From Octopus sinensis (Eukaryota): a stretch of 64,000 bases of DNA. The stretch spans positions 6,076,001 to 6,140,000 of the forward strand of contig NC_043004.1 in the NCBI RefSeq assembly GCF_006345805.1, in the 5' to 3' direction. Numbering within the stretch: the stretch's first letter is position 1; every line of letters begins with the position of its first letter. This document shows, piece by piece, positions 1 to 13,215 of this stretch. Under the pieces are notes generated by a model that saw only the letters and a list, made by a program, of their open reading frames with translations, did not search any database and was not told where the DNA came from. Made by a program: the position numbers and the translations under genes.

Positions 1-1559
1 TTAAACATTATTCCAAGTGCCAGAACCCTAATCTTGCCTCATAATTTCTGATCTAGAGTAGATCACTGCAATATAAACAAGGAAAAGATTGGCTACAAAG
101 TGCAAGTAGAATGAAATACCTTACCCAAGGGCACATCATAAATTTATCATTTATAAACTGAAATTTTGGCATAATCTCTAACGAAAAATCACACTGACAC
201 ATCTATTCTATGAAAATAGTTAACACGTTCTTGAGTTACTCTTTTCAGATGAAGAATGGGTTTTCTAAGAGGTCACTATTGTTGAAAATATATCATGAGA
301 TAAACAATTGGAAGAAAACGGTTACTAACTAAAAAAAATAATAAATAAAATAAAAAGATACTGATTTATGTTTGCAGAAATTTGGAAGCTACTGATAATT
401 AACAGCTATAAAGAAAATGTTCCTCTGACCATCTGCAATTATTTAATTATAATTTTTTTTTAAATTTTAAAAAGTTCATCTTATGCCAGAAGTTTAGCAT
501 TGCAGACTTCTGTCAGTGCCTTAGAATGTTACAATTTTTAACTAAACACTTAAAAAGGAAAAAATAAATAAAAAAAAGAAAAAGAAAAAAGTTAGTTCAA
601 TTGTACAAATATTTGTCTACTCTTGTTTAGCATTTGTCTTTTAAAATTCTAAGAAAACTTATTGGAGGCTAAGAAATGTACATAATTTTTCATTTAATGG
701 TCCACCTAAATGTCATATTTCTAAATCTAACTGCTGTCACTGTTGTGGCCATTTTTTAAAACCCCACCACATTAAAACTGAGTTACTTGTCTGCTACTCT
801 AAAAATGCATTTTGCTAAATGCTCATTTATTTATTTATCTATCAAAATTTTATTCTTAATAGAAATCTTCTTAAGCTGAAACCTACCCAGAGTTTTTATT
901 TTCGACATACACTTTTGTTATCAGTGTTAATCTTTGTATATTAAGTTTGTAGATATGACTTAGTTGATTATAACAAAGATTCTAATGATGTTAATTTATT
1001 GTGATTTTAAGAAGGAAAAACAAACCGTAGATGTAACTTATTATGAATGCAAAGGTAGGTAACTTAAAATTTAGGAAGATTTTCTATTTTAACAATATTA
1101 TAAGAGACTGTCACACGATTTCATTTGTTCCCCCCACCCAGTAATTCTGATTAAAGTTTTGTGCATACAAGAATCCTTTCATCTTTCTTAGTTTTATACG
1201 GAATGTTAAAGATTGCATGGTATTTATGTATGTTGTTAAAAATTTAGTTATGTTATGGTGAAGCTACCAAAAACACTGGATTAAGGAGGAAATATTTCCA
1301 ACCCGCCTCAGACCCCATCTTTAGCTGTTAAATATCTCTCGTTAATATCATGAAACAGATAAATTGTTCTCTGGATAGATTACTAGAATTAAAGCCACTT
1401 TTCCTCTCATATTTGTAGTACAATTTCTGCTTACAATAGGCAACACCACAACCTTAACACACAGAATTGGATGTTGTGTAAGCTATGGACACATAAAATA
1501 TAGGTAGAATAAACACTAAATGTACAGAAAATAGACTCCATAAAATGCCAGTGGAGTAA

Positions 1560-2489
1560 GCTAGATATAGCTTCTGTTATCTAAGCAACCAAGTTAGTAG
1601 CAGAGGTGGATGCTCCGAGAGTGTAGCTATGAGAATAAGAATAGGCTGGACAAAGTTCAGAGAGCTCCTACCTCTGCTGGTAACAAAGGGCCTCTCTCTC
1701 TCTCTCTCTCAGAGTGAAAGGTAGATTGTATGATGCTTGTGTGAGAACAGCTATGTTACATGGCATGAAACGGGTTGTAACAGCTGAGGACATGTTTAGG
1801 CTTGAAAGAAATGAAGCCAGTATACTTCGCTGGATGTGCAATGTAAGCATCTTGAGACAAAAGTTGGGCATAAGTGGCATTAGATGTGGTGTGCAAGAGA
1901 CGACTGCACTGGTATGGTCATGTAATGCACATGGGCAAGGACAGCTGTGTAATGAAGTGCTGATCTCTGGAGGGAACCTGTGGTAGAGATAGACCCTGGA
2001 AGGCATGGGACAAGGTAGGGAAGCATGAGCTTCAAACTTTGGGCCTCACAGAGGCAATGACTAGTGACTAAGACCTTTGGCAATATGCGGTGCTTAGGAC
2101 CTGTAAAGCAAAATGAAATTGTAGACATGTCTGATGCCACATAACTGGCATGTAAGAAGCACTTTTTGAGCATTGGCCCTCACAGAAGCAAAGTAATTTA
2201 TGCTGGTGGCACGTGAAAAGCTCCTTTCAAGTGTTGGGCCTCATGGAGGCAATGATGAATGACTGAGATTTTTGGCATTATATTGTGCTTGAGAAGACCC
2301 ATCAAGCCAAGTAAAATTGTAGCTGTGGCAGATACTGGTGTCACACAAATGGTCCATTACACTCTCAGGAGGTTGGTGTTAGGAAGGGCACCCAGCTGTA
2401 GAAACCATACCAAATCAGACTGGAGTCTTCCAGACAGGTATAGGTTGTCAACCTATACCTGGATGGACAACGGACATTAAATGATGATC
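1560..2489 (+). mobile_element. 5'-truncated, decayed RTE-clade LINE 3' end (approximate bounds)
   Basis: Broken frames encode SFCYL..., RIGWTKFRELLPLL, GRLYDACVRTAML (post-RT region of RTE elements). Ends in ggacattaaatgatgat. Confidence 0.8.
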
Positions 2490-4026
2490 ACCATTGTACC
2501 TTTATAAATTTCAACAGTTTAAGCTTTGAACATTTAGGATGACTATGATTAAAACACTGATGGAATGATGAATACTAATCTGAGTAAACAACCCAGCCTA
2601 ACATTGATGCTGAATTAGTTTTTTTGTTTTTCCATACTGGAACTTGTAGATAGGTAAGTTCTAACAGCCACATGGCATCCAGTGTTCGCTACATCTTTGG
2701 ATTAGTTTAGAGCATTTGCTCAACTACTTCTAGGTCATACTTTTTTCCAAGCAAAGCTGATTGGAATTATTCATTAACAATTATTTTTCTATTATCTTTA
2801 AAATACCACCAAAATTTGCCGGAAATCTATTCTGCATTTATGAACAGAAATTTTGATATTTTAACTAAAGTAAGGCACATAACTCTGTGTGGATTTATAA
2901 AATAACCAAATGGAAAAGCAATTGCTTCAAAAACGCCTCCACACACACATACCACCCTGCGACTAGAAATTTAGAACTAAAATAGGAACCTCACTACTCC
3001 AATCAACATCTAACTACTCTCATTCTGTGGGCTTGAATAAAAAATAGTTTTTAATGAAAAGGAATTTACATACTGTAAATAATTTACATTTGGTCATTGG
3101 AAGCAAAAATTTCTCATTCCGGTGTTGTCTGCTATAAGGAACAAAAGTGTAGACAAATCACATCAGCTGAATTAGTCTATCACAGAAAATAACAAGCTTA
3201 ATTAAAAAATAACTTTTAATATCTTATATAGAATGTAAGAGCTGAAACACAGCAATCAATTACCCGAAGCTGAATATATTAATGTGAGGAGTTGGCATAA
3301 GAAAAATATTGAAAGTCAGGAGTTTTAGGGGTAAATACCCTCATTGACATAACAGATGAATAATTTAATATAAAGGGAATACAACAATGAAACCAAATAT
3401 AGACATATTACAAAGTATACAATATCAACAGCAGTTGGAGCATCATAGTCTAAACCATGGACACATTAGAACTTCACTGGGTTTCCAAAATAGCCCAACA
3501 AATGAGATCAGATGATGGACTCTAGAAGATTGTCTCCAAGATATTTTGCAGCATAAAATGCATCTGGATGAAAATGGTGACAATTTCATGTAAAAGATAA
3601 TTTACCAAGATTCATTTGATAAAAATAAAACACTGTTGCAAGTGTTTTATGCTGCTAGTTGGTTATTAAGAAGATAATAAATCTAATGAACAGTTTTAAA
3701 ACGAGTAAACAAGCTTTGTTAAAACTAAATCATTAGATTTCACTTTTGACATTGTTAGCCATGAAAACTTGGATGGAAAGCTGTTTTTCTACATCAGTTC
3801 AAATAAAAAGAAATATAGAACAGAAGTGTTACTTGATGGTTCCGTTTCTTCATCTAGCTGACATCATTTTGTCCTTATCTCACTGGTGATATACATCTTA
3901 TGTGATACATCTGTTAAAAAAAAAGTGGTGATAACAGCTAACAAAAAAGGAGCCAGAAGGGAGCTGTTAGAGAAAAACCAACCATCTAAGTACTTGGTTG
4001 ACACTGTGACGTTCATGTAGCACAAT

Positions 4027-4032
4027 TTTATT
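4027..4032 (-). promoter_or_regulatory. Candidate polyadenylation signal (AATAAA) for LAMTOR3
   Basis: tttatt on the plus strand about 200 nt downstream of the stop codon. Usage is not demonstrated. Confidence 0.4.
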
Positions 4033-4234
4033 TACAATATTAGATATGAAAAGAATCAAACTTAAAGCCAACAAAGATCAGCCAATAGAATATTTTCCTA
4101 TCAATGACAGTTCCAAATCTCTTCTCTGATATTTTATCACAGTTTGTTATGTGTATTGTCCGATTTGTGGCACACAGAGAAGATGGACTGATATAACAAG
4201 AGGTCATGTCAGTTGAGGTCCAGCCAGTTGCACA

Positions 4235-4308
4235 TCAAACCAGAGTTAAAACAGCATCTAAATCTTTCAGAATTTCTTGCATTTCATTAGGGACATTTAA
4301 AAGCATTC
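4235..4308 (-). CDS. LAMTOR3: LAMTOR3 last coding exon, (G)MLLNVPNEMQEILKDLDAVLTLV*
   Basis: ttttatttgttgtag|gaatgctt...gtt tga. Phase matches exon 5 and the total of 124 aa equals the recalled family length. Confidence 0.9.
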
Positions 4309-5851
4309 CTACAACAAATAAAAATAAAATTCAATAAGTTATAAAATCTTCAGTACATTTGATATTACAAAATATACCATATTTACTTGTGTGTATGTTA
4401 CACTATTTTATATTTGATTTTAACTTAAAAAATTTAGGGTGTGACTTATACACAAGTAAATACAGTAAATGCAATATTTAATACATCAAACAATATCAGT
4501 GAAAGTTTAATGACATCCACATTAACAATAATCCTTAAATGCAACATAAAATTAGCCTCAGATACAAATGCTGCAATATGTTGTTATAAAAAGAGTGACC
4601 ACTAAATTCTACATTCTTCAGTTTACCCGAGGTAAAGTAGAATGATTTTTGATTTTGCAAAAAAATAGTCTCTCTGTTTCTCAAAAGATTGTAGTGAGAG
4701 TATTCGCTAATAAAAAAAAATGTTTGATGCTAAACTCCTAAGTGGAGCAACAGCATTCCTCTGAACTGCAACAGTCCTTTACAAAAACTTGTTTCTGTAG
4801 CTGTGCCATGGTTCAGATCAAACTGGTGAATTCCTTGTTAGCACAATGGAATTTACAATTATTCAAGAAACAAACCTATCCAACAGTGGACTATGTCATG
4901 CAAACATTTATTTTTCATTTAAGAAAATGCTAACTTAGCTTTTCAGAGTTTCATTTTGCACAAGTTATTTACAGCCTTAGAAGACATCACAATCTACACA
5001 ACTCTTTGAATGATTGCCCTCATAACTCGTCACAAACTATCAAATTACAGATTCCTTTTACAGATTATTACAACCAGTCACATGACGTGTGAGTTGCTGA
5101 AGATTTATCTAGCAGCAGCAAGACAACTTTTTGTCAGGAACCAATAGTTTTACAACAACATAAAGGCATAGGCATGCCTGGTTAAGAAGCTTGCTTCTCA
5201 ACTTTGCTGTCTTGGGTTCAGTTCTACTGCATTGCAACTTGGACATGTGTCATCTACTGTAGCCCAGGGCTAACAAAAGCCTTGTGATTAGATTTGATAG
5301 ACAGAAACTGAAAGAAACCCATTATATATGTATGTGCTCCACCTGGATTGGTGGAAAATAAAGAAATATTGATATACTTATGTTGGAGTGTTGTAATCTA
5401 ACACATTGTTTTCTACAAGATAAAAACCCAATTATTAAACCTACTGCCTCAAAAATTTATATTCATCCCTATTTTGACTATTACAGAACAATACAGTATA
5501 TATTCTTTACAAACAGGTTTGTTAAAGTAGAGGCAGAAACATTAATGATGAAGGAAAGGGCATCTAGCCATAGAAACCATGCCAAATCAGAGTGGAGGCT
5601 GACGCAGCCCTTAAACTTCCAGTCCAAGTCAAACTGTCCAACCCATGGCAGCATGGACAACGGGCATTAAAAGATGATGATGATGATGACGTAATTTATG
5701 TAGAAATAAAAATTATTTTATCTATGGAATCTCCATCAGAAGCATTCTCTCTAGCATCTACACTCAATGAAAAGTTGTTTTAATGCATCCATCATTAGAA
5801 AATTACTATTTTAAAATCTCACGGGAAATGTTCAGCAACAATACTTTGGAA

Positions 5852-5967
5852 TAAAGATTGTTTGCCAACATAACATGGCAGTCCTGGTTTAGGATGAATG
5901 TTGCTGTAATTACAACAACATTCATCCTAAATCAGGACTGCCATGTTATGTTGGCAAATAATCTTTA
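5852..5967. repeat. 116-bp loopless palindrome (58-bp arms, 55/58 identical)
   Basis: Arms compared base by base; centre at tgtaa|ttaca (5909/5910). Confidence 0.95.
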
Positions 5968-6686
5968 CTACATCTAACATGGGGAGGTTTGGTTAAAATG
6001 TTAAGTGATAAGCGAATCATCCTCATGCATTTTGTAAATGGAACGACCGATTCATTGACAATTAAACCCATGGTCCACAGCAGTGAAGCTTCCACCATTA
6101 TGTATTTTCTTGATCATCTCTACCTTTCCCGTAGAGAATATACTTGTCTGCATTATTTGTTAGGATCAGGTGCCTTTGTTTTTTTTTTGTTCACTCATCC
6201 CATGTTGATGGTTTGAGTACCATAAATCTATATAAAAAATATGCAGTCACACAGCAGTCACGTAAACACAAGCAATGGACAGCGCATTCTGGGTAGCTGA
6301 GCATTGTAGGTGGTTGCTGGGATGCATTTTTGTGGTACAAGTAGAGTCCTTGATCACCAACCTGTGTTGTTAAAGAGCAAACTGTAACATGGTTCACAAC
6401 TGAGTGTATCATGTTGTCCCATCCTTGATTGGTGATGAATGAATGAGTGATAAACAAGGCTACATGTATTAGTGGTTTTGGTTTTCAGAGATTAGTTTAA
6501 ATAGTATTTTCTTTTAAAACTTAAGCAGGAGAGAGGTAATTGAATTACATGAATAATAGTATACAAAAATTTGTAGTCATAGCTTAGGAGCTCACACAAG
6601 CAATGCACTCCATGTAACCAAAATTGTTAACTAATCAGTGAAGAAACAAACAACTAAATAAGACTTGTATTGTGGATGGTACTTAC

Positions 6687-6750
6687 CTGTGTTGGCATTT
6701 ATAGAAGCAACAAGTGTAATCAAAAAAGGAAGGTGATTGATTTGGATAAT
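6687..6750 (-). CDS. LAMTOR3: LAMTOR3 coding exon 5, IIQINHLPFLITLVASINANT(G)
   Basis: ctttttatttttcag|attatc...aacacag|gtaagt. 64 nt; matches recalled VVQFNRLPLVVSFIASSSANTG. Confidence 0.95.
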
Positions 6751-7446
6751 CTGAAAAATAAAAAGTATAACTTTGTCAATTTTGCATTTTGAGAAGAAAT
6801 TGAAAAATTTAGTGTTTGTCAAAACTCAAGTTAATTCTAATTAAATTTAATTTAGATATTGAAATATTAAGACTACTAACATGGTTGAAAATCTTGCTTT
6901 CTAACCATGTGGTCTCAGGTTCCCACCCCGTGCATGACACTTTGGCAAGTGCCTTCTACTATAGTCTCAGGCTGACTAAAGCTTTGTGAGTGGATTTGGT
7001 AGACGGAAACTGAAAGAAGCCTGTTGTATACGTATATGTGAGTGTGTAGCCTTGTCTTGACATTGTATGAAGATTATACATGATTATCACCATTATACAA
7101 GTGATGTTGCTCATTTCCAGTCTTCCATGAAAAGCAGGTCTGGCGATGGGGAATACTACCTTGCCTGGAAACAGGTGAGTGTTGGCAACAGGAAGGGCAT
7201 CTGGCCATAGAATATCTGCCTCAACAAACTCTGTCTGATCCATGAAAGCATTGTAAAGTGAACATGGAATGATGAAAATGAATGAAATGAAGACAATTTC
7301 ATTTTTGAAACATAACACAAAGTTTGCCAGGGGAGGGGAAAAAATTCAAGACTATTTAATGAGTTCTTATCGTGAAATGAGAAGAATAAACTTGTGAAGT
7401 TGAACATGAGAATCATAGCTAAATACAGGAGTGGAAGACAACTTAC

Positions 7447-7580
7447 TTGACACGTTGTGTACATACTGATGACGGATCTATTTTCAGATAACCCTAACTT
7501 GCCTGCTTGCTCTGTGGCCAAGCCAAATGTGGAGAGGAAGTTCTGTTTCATTACCAACTCTGGAGCATTATCATCAGCAA
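7447..7580 (-). CDS. LAMTOR3: LAMTOR3 coding exon 4, VADDNAPELVMKQNFLSTFGLATEQAGKLGLSENRSVISMYTTCQ
   Basis: ataattttag|ttgctgat...tgtcaa|gtaagt. 134 nt; matches recalled FLSTFALATDQGSKLGLSKNKSIICYY of LAMTOR3. Partly visible in ORF 7156..7557. Confidence 0.95.
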
Positions 7581-7771
7581 CTAAAATTATACAGTGTGTA
7601 GAACATGTTAACCAAACAATTGATATGCATTTAATGATGGACTGCTTTATACTTACTTTGACACATGCATTTAAATAGAATAAGGCTGGTTTTTAAATAT
7701 ATCTCTTACAGTTGATTATAGATTGGAGAAGCATAGTTAAACATGTAAGAGAAAAGACTAAGTAAGAATAC

Positions 7772-7830
7772 CTTTTAGAACAGGGACACCATCTCTGTCA
7801 GTGATAATGATAGCATTGAGACCAGCAACA
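7772..7830 (-). CDS. LAMTOR3: LAMTOR3 coding exon 3, VAGLNAIIITDRDGVPVLK
   Basis: tgtgttttag|tgttgctggt...ctaaaag|gtattc. 59 nt; carries the conserved DRDGVP motif (recalled human VEGLHAIVVSDRDGVPVIK). Confidence 0.95.
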
Positions 7831-8650
7831 CTAAAACACAATGAAACAGATGCTATTAAGGTAAACAATATAGCTAGGATATTATCTATACAATAAATTT
7901 GATAGAGACATGTAAATTGTAGAGAATAAACAACTCAGAAATACCATCCATATGAAAAAACACCAGTTAATATATTTTATGCAGGAACTGTGGAACATAA
8001 AAAACTGCCAACCAGTTTACATTTAATGATTCTTTTATCAGTCATTTGACAAAAATGAAAGATGCATTAAATACACAAAGCCTGTAACAAAAGGGGAAAA
8101 AAACAGGGGGGACTGTCATGGCTGGAATGCCTTTGATGTTAAATCTGCTCAATGGAAGCTGGGTGACCTGAGCTAAACAACAATGAAAATCTCTTCTTTC
8201 TACATGTAATTCCTCCACAAGATCCAGTTTTTGTTGCAGTGTGGTGGCTTTTGTACCTCAATGACCCTGAGCGCTATATCAGCAGAGCACAAGCTGCTGG
8301 TAGGGCCTTCCAGGCTGGACAGGTCAAAGGATAGAGACCAGTCTAATATGGACCACCACTTCCCAGAGATAAAAGCAGACTTGTGCAAGGCCAACACCAC
8401 TACCCAGAGAAAAAAAAAGTTACAGAAGCATCAACAACAATTCAAAACAACAAGATCTGGGAAAGAAGCCCTTCTTTCAAGGCAGCCAGTGTTGAGAACA
8501 ATAGAAAAAAAGTTAGGAAATTACTATTTGTAAATCTCACGAGAGATATTCAGTAACAGTACTTTAGAGTAAAGATTATTTCCCAACATAACCGTTGCTG
8601 AATATCTCTTGTAAGATCAAATAATAATTTTCTAATTTATAGATCAGTGA

Positions 8651-9675
8651 CTAAATAGCTTGGGCAAAGTTCAGAGAGCTCTTACCTCTGCTGGTGACAA
8701 AAGGCCTCTCGCACAGAGTAAAAGGCAGACTGTATGATGCGTGTGTACGAACAGCCATGCTACATGGCAGTGAAACATGGCCCGTGACTGCTGAGGATAT
8801 GCTTAGCTTGCAAGAAATGAAGCCAGTATGCTCCGATGGATGTGTAATGTCAGTACTCATACTTGTCAGAGTGTAAGTACCTTGAGAGTAAAGCTGGACC
8901 TAAGAAGCATCAGTTGTGGTGTGCAAGAGAGATGATTGCGCTGGTATGGTCATGTGGCGAGAATGGATGAAGATAGTTGTGTGAAAAAGTGCCACACCCT
9001 AGCGGTTGAGGGAACCTGCGGAAGAGGCAGACCCAGGAAAACCTGGGACAAGGTGGTGAAGCACGACCTTCGAACTTTAAGTCTCACTGAGGAAATGACT
9101 AGAGACCGAGACCTCTGGAAGTGTGCTGTGCGCGAGAAGACCCGGCAGGACAAGTGAGTCCATAACCCGTGGCCTTCTACATGGGATGGAGCCAGCCTAC
9201 ATATGCATACCTTCCCTTCTTGGGACACAAAACTCTACTTGTGAAGACCTGTTGAGGCAAGTGAGGATCAGAATCAAAATCAATCAATGAAAATTGCAGA
9301 TGTGTTACCAGTGCTGGTGGCATGTAAGAGAACCATCCGTTTGCGACCGTTGCCAGCGCCGTGCCGGTGGCACGTAAAAAGCACCATCCGTTCGTGTCCG
9401 TTGCCTGCCTCGCCTGGCCCCCATGCCGGTAGCACATAAAAAGCACCATCCGTTCGTGGCCGTTTGCCAGCTCTGTCTGGCACCTGTGCGGGTGGCACGT
9501 AAAAAGCACCCACTACACTCACAGAGTGGTTGGCGTTAGGAAGGGCATCCAGCCGTAGAAACACTGCCAGATCTGACTGGGCCTGATGAAGCCTTCTGGC
9601 TTCACAGACCCCAGTTGAACCGTCCAACCCATGCTAGCATGGAAAACGGACGCTAAACGATGATGATGATGATGA
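8651..9675 (+). mobile_element. 5'-truncated RTE-clade LINE with 3'UTR and (GAT)n tail
   Basis: ORF pieces GRLYDACVRTAMLHGSETW and RWYGHVARMDEDSCVKK...RGRPRKTW...DRDLWK (RTE C-terminus), then a CpG-rich 3'UTR and gatgatgatgatga. Confidence 0.85.
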
Positions 9676-10785
9676 CTAGTTGTCACTTTGAAAACTATAT
9701 ATTTCAAACAGGAATTTGGCAGTGCCACCTCTAGCCGAACAATTATTCTGTGCTGATGAAGGGAAATAACCCAGAAATCGCAATACACAGATATTGTTTT
9801 GAGCTGAGTGGTGGTGCTAGATTCCCTTGTTTGAAAATATAAGGACACAGATTGTGTCGTATAGCAAGCTGGAGATGATGTCACCTAGGGCTAAATTACA
9901 GCAACATCCGTCCTAAACCAGGACTGCAACGTTATGTTGGTAAATAATCTTTACTCCAGAAAAAAAGTTGTCAATGGCCTATGCTCCAAAAGGATCAAAG
10001 GCCTGTACTTTTGGAAACATGCAACAGAATGTGCCATCCTGAAAAAGGTATTATCTTTAATCCTACTAACTATAAACCTAACTATAAACCCTCCCTGTGT
10101 CCAGCATCTTAAAGGTTATGGTGATAGTTAACTTGAGATTCTCTCACAATTTAGTGACCACTAGTAAATCTCCATAGAGTCAGACCCACTAAGATATCTG
10201 CTAGCCTACATTATACATCAGCAGTCTATCACTCTTATGAACTTCAATGTTTACAATGTTGTTTTTCTTTGACCATGTCTGTTATGAGAACCCACTAGCA
10301 AAATTGCCTTCTCCTCACACCTCTGAGATCTTGGCTGAGAAGATATTTGCTTACCTATTATAAAGTACAGAATGTGTTGACAAGCTTTCCCAGGTACACA
10401 TTCTGCTAATTCAGATGTATTGCAACTCAGTTATGCTCCTTATATTCTATATTAATCACCTTCTCACTGGTTTTTTACCCCATTTATTCTCTAAAATAGT
10501 CAATAGCACTCTTCATCATTTATGAATATTATTCACATTCAGACATGAAGTAGTTCCATGAACAAAGTCCTGGAAAACATCTTCCAGTGGGAACAATAAC
10601 AACCTGGTCTCCTTCAACAGAATGTAAACATAGCTACTACTACACATAACAAAGCAGATAACACTACTCCCTTTCTGCTTATGATAGACTCAGATAAAAC
10701 CCTTACACATCTCACAATCTCTGATGAAGTTTCATGGAGTTCACATTTCTGTAACACAGCCAAAACAGCACTTAAAAATCTAGAT

Positions 10786-11164
10786 CAGTCATGGGCAAAC
10801 TATAACCTGCAGGACTTTCTGAATGGTATGGTTAATGAAAAATTACCATGAACTTCTTCTTAGTAGTGCAGCCCACCTGATAACAAACCATGGCTTAGCA
10901 GAAAGTCTTTTGAGGGCCACCTGTATACTTTATGCACTAATAGTCAAATAATCAAATTACAGAATCAGGAATTTTTCATACTTTTCATTTGTCTAAAATT
11001 ATAAAATTGTAGGTTATTGCTTTATTGCCACCTACAAATTTTAAATTTATTTTAAAACAGATGTTTTACACAAATAATTTTATTTTGAAATTAAACAATA
11101 CTTAAAGAAAGTATCAAGTGGGCCTCAAGATAAAAGCCTGCAGGCTTCATGTTGGCCAACCCTG
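10786..11164. mobile_element. hAT (Charlie-like) non-autonomous element
   Basis: Degenerate TIRs cagtcatgggcaaac / gttggccaaccctg. 8-bp flanks atctagat and gtctagac fit the NTCTAGAN target preference of Charlie-type hATs. Confidence 0.6.
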
Positions 11165-11965
11165 GTCTAGACCTATGTTTCCCAACCTTTTTTGAATCAT
11201 GCTCCACTTCAATTTTCTAAAATACTTGTGTGCCTCTACCATGAACAAAGTATAAGGAATATATATATATATTCAAATGAACTTTTGATTAAAACTTTGT
11301 TGTAGTTATATTCACTTGTTGCATATTCCTCATTCTGAAATAATCCACACTCACAAAATTATTCTTTTCGACTTTTTGGGAAAGGAGCCAGTCGATTAGA
11401 TCAACCCCAGTACACAACTGGTACTTAATTTATCGACCTTGAAAGGATGAAAGGCAAAGTTGCCCTCGGCAGAATTTGAACTCAGAATGTAAAGACAGAC
11501 GAAATAGCACTAAGCATTTCGCCTGGCATGCTAACATTTCTGCCAGCTCGCCATCTTTTATTAGATTATTACCATGCCCCCCACCAATGAGATGTGCATC
11601 ACTGCTTTGAGAAACACTGATCTGAACCTTCTCTCTAGAGCCCAAGTGTCTCCACACAAAATGAATGCTCATATATTCAGTACAGAAAAGCAACTACACA
11701 TTTTAAACTGTATCTCAAACACAATACTTGCACGCTGATGTGCTATGACTTTCATTAGTCTCTTCTTTACTACCCAAGTCCGAGATGTTTTGGCGCAGCC
11801 ATTATGACCCTGCTTATTTAATGCCATATATTCGATGCTGACTTGACAGGAGACATTTTGTCCTCGGGACCATTTGGCACCTTGAAAATTTTGTTTTTAT
11901 TCTAGTTGACAACTAACAAACTACTTGACTACTAAACTTTATTTAACTTACTGCTTTGCTTTATA

Positions 11966-13215
11966 CACAAGGTGGTATCAAAAGTTTCTGGACTAGTTCT
12001 GTAGCACACCAACAGATGGCAGCACAGTAGTGACCTTCTTAAGGTGGTGTGCCGAGTGATATTGCTGTTTACTTCACAAGTCGTGAAATTTGTGTTTTTG
12101 CAATCACGTGTATGCTGTAGTCTGCAATTTTGTCATAGATAGGAACAAAGGACCAATGTGAAATTTTGTATTGAACTTGGGAAGTCTGCTACAGAGACAT
12201 TGAGCATGCTTTGGCAAGCTTACAGGGATGAGGCAATGGGCCATACATAATGTTTCAAGTGACATGGGTGCTTCAAAAATGGAAGAATGTTCCTTGGAGA
12301 CAATGAGTGATCTGGAAGACCTGCCACGAGTGTCACTCCTGGAAATGTGGAGAAAATTCATCAGCTTGTGCATGAGGATTGTTGGAGGACAATCAACAAC
12401 GTTGCTGATATTGTTGGTCTGTTGTGTGGGTCTGTGCAGGCAATACTAACATTTGAATTGTACATGCAGCACGTCTCTGCCAAGTTTCTTCCCTGCCTGC
12501 TGAGTAGAAAGAACATCGTGTTGAAGTCTGTCGAGATTTCCATCAGTGTGCCACTGATGACTACCCTTCATGTCGAGGGTCATTACCAGTGACAACAGTT
12601 GGGTCAATGGATATGACCCTGAGACAAAGCAACAGTCATCACAATGAAAAAGCCTTTCATCTCCATGACTGAAAAAGGTAGGACAGAGCTGCAGCTCAAT
12701 TCGAGCATGCTCATTTTTTTTTTTGACATCCACAGTATTGTGGATCAAGGATTCATCCCCCAGGGCAGACCATCAAGAGTTCTACTAAAACGTTTCGAAG
12801 CATTTGAGGGAAGACATTCAGTGAAAGCAACCGGAGCTGTGGAGTGTGAAATTGGATTCTTCATGATGACAATGCACCCTGCCGCCAAGCTCTCCTCACT
12901 CATGAGTTTCTTGCTAAAAATAACATTGTATTGCTTCCACACCCACCCTATTTGGACTTCCATCTCTTCCCCAAGATAAAAAGACAGCTCAAAGGTTGCC
13001 GTTTTAACACCATTTTCAAGATCCAGATAAAATCGCAGAAGGTCCACAACTTGCTTATTGAAAACGACTTCCAGGCCAGATTCCAAAATTGGCAGGAATG
13101 CTGAGACTGATGCTCTGCAAGATTACTATTTCGAAGGAAATGATGTTAAAACTTAGGTAAATAAGTTATTTTTTATTAAACATAACTAATTTGGGAATTT
13201 TTTTATATCACCTCA
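11966..13215 (+). mobile_element. Near full-length, decayed mariner transposon
   Basis: Degenerate TIRs (aggtggtatcaaaagtttctggactag / reverse complement aggtgatataaaaaaattcccaaattag) with TA flanks. Frameshifted transposase: EQRTNVKFCIELGKSATET, RVITSDNSWVNGYDPETKQQSSQ, HDDNA. Confidence 0.85.

Noticed and set aside
249-330. Possible plus-strand terminal exon (cttttcag|atgaagaatgggttttctaa, xEEWVF*)
   Set aside because: A single acceptor-like site with no partner exons in the window cannot be distinguished from chance.
3087-3912. Exon-like minus-strand segments downstream of LAMTOR3 (about 3087-3130 and 3830-3911)
   Set aside because: Acceptor-like sites exist, but the peptides are unrecognisable and LAMTOR3 is already complete at 4235. 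Insufficient support.
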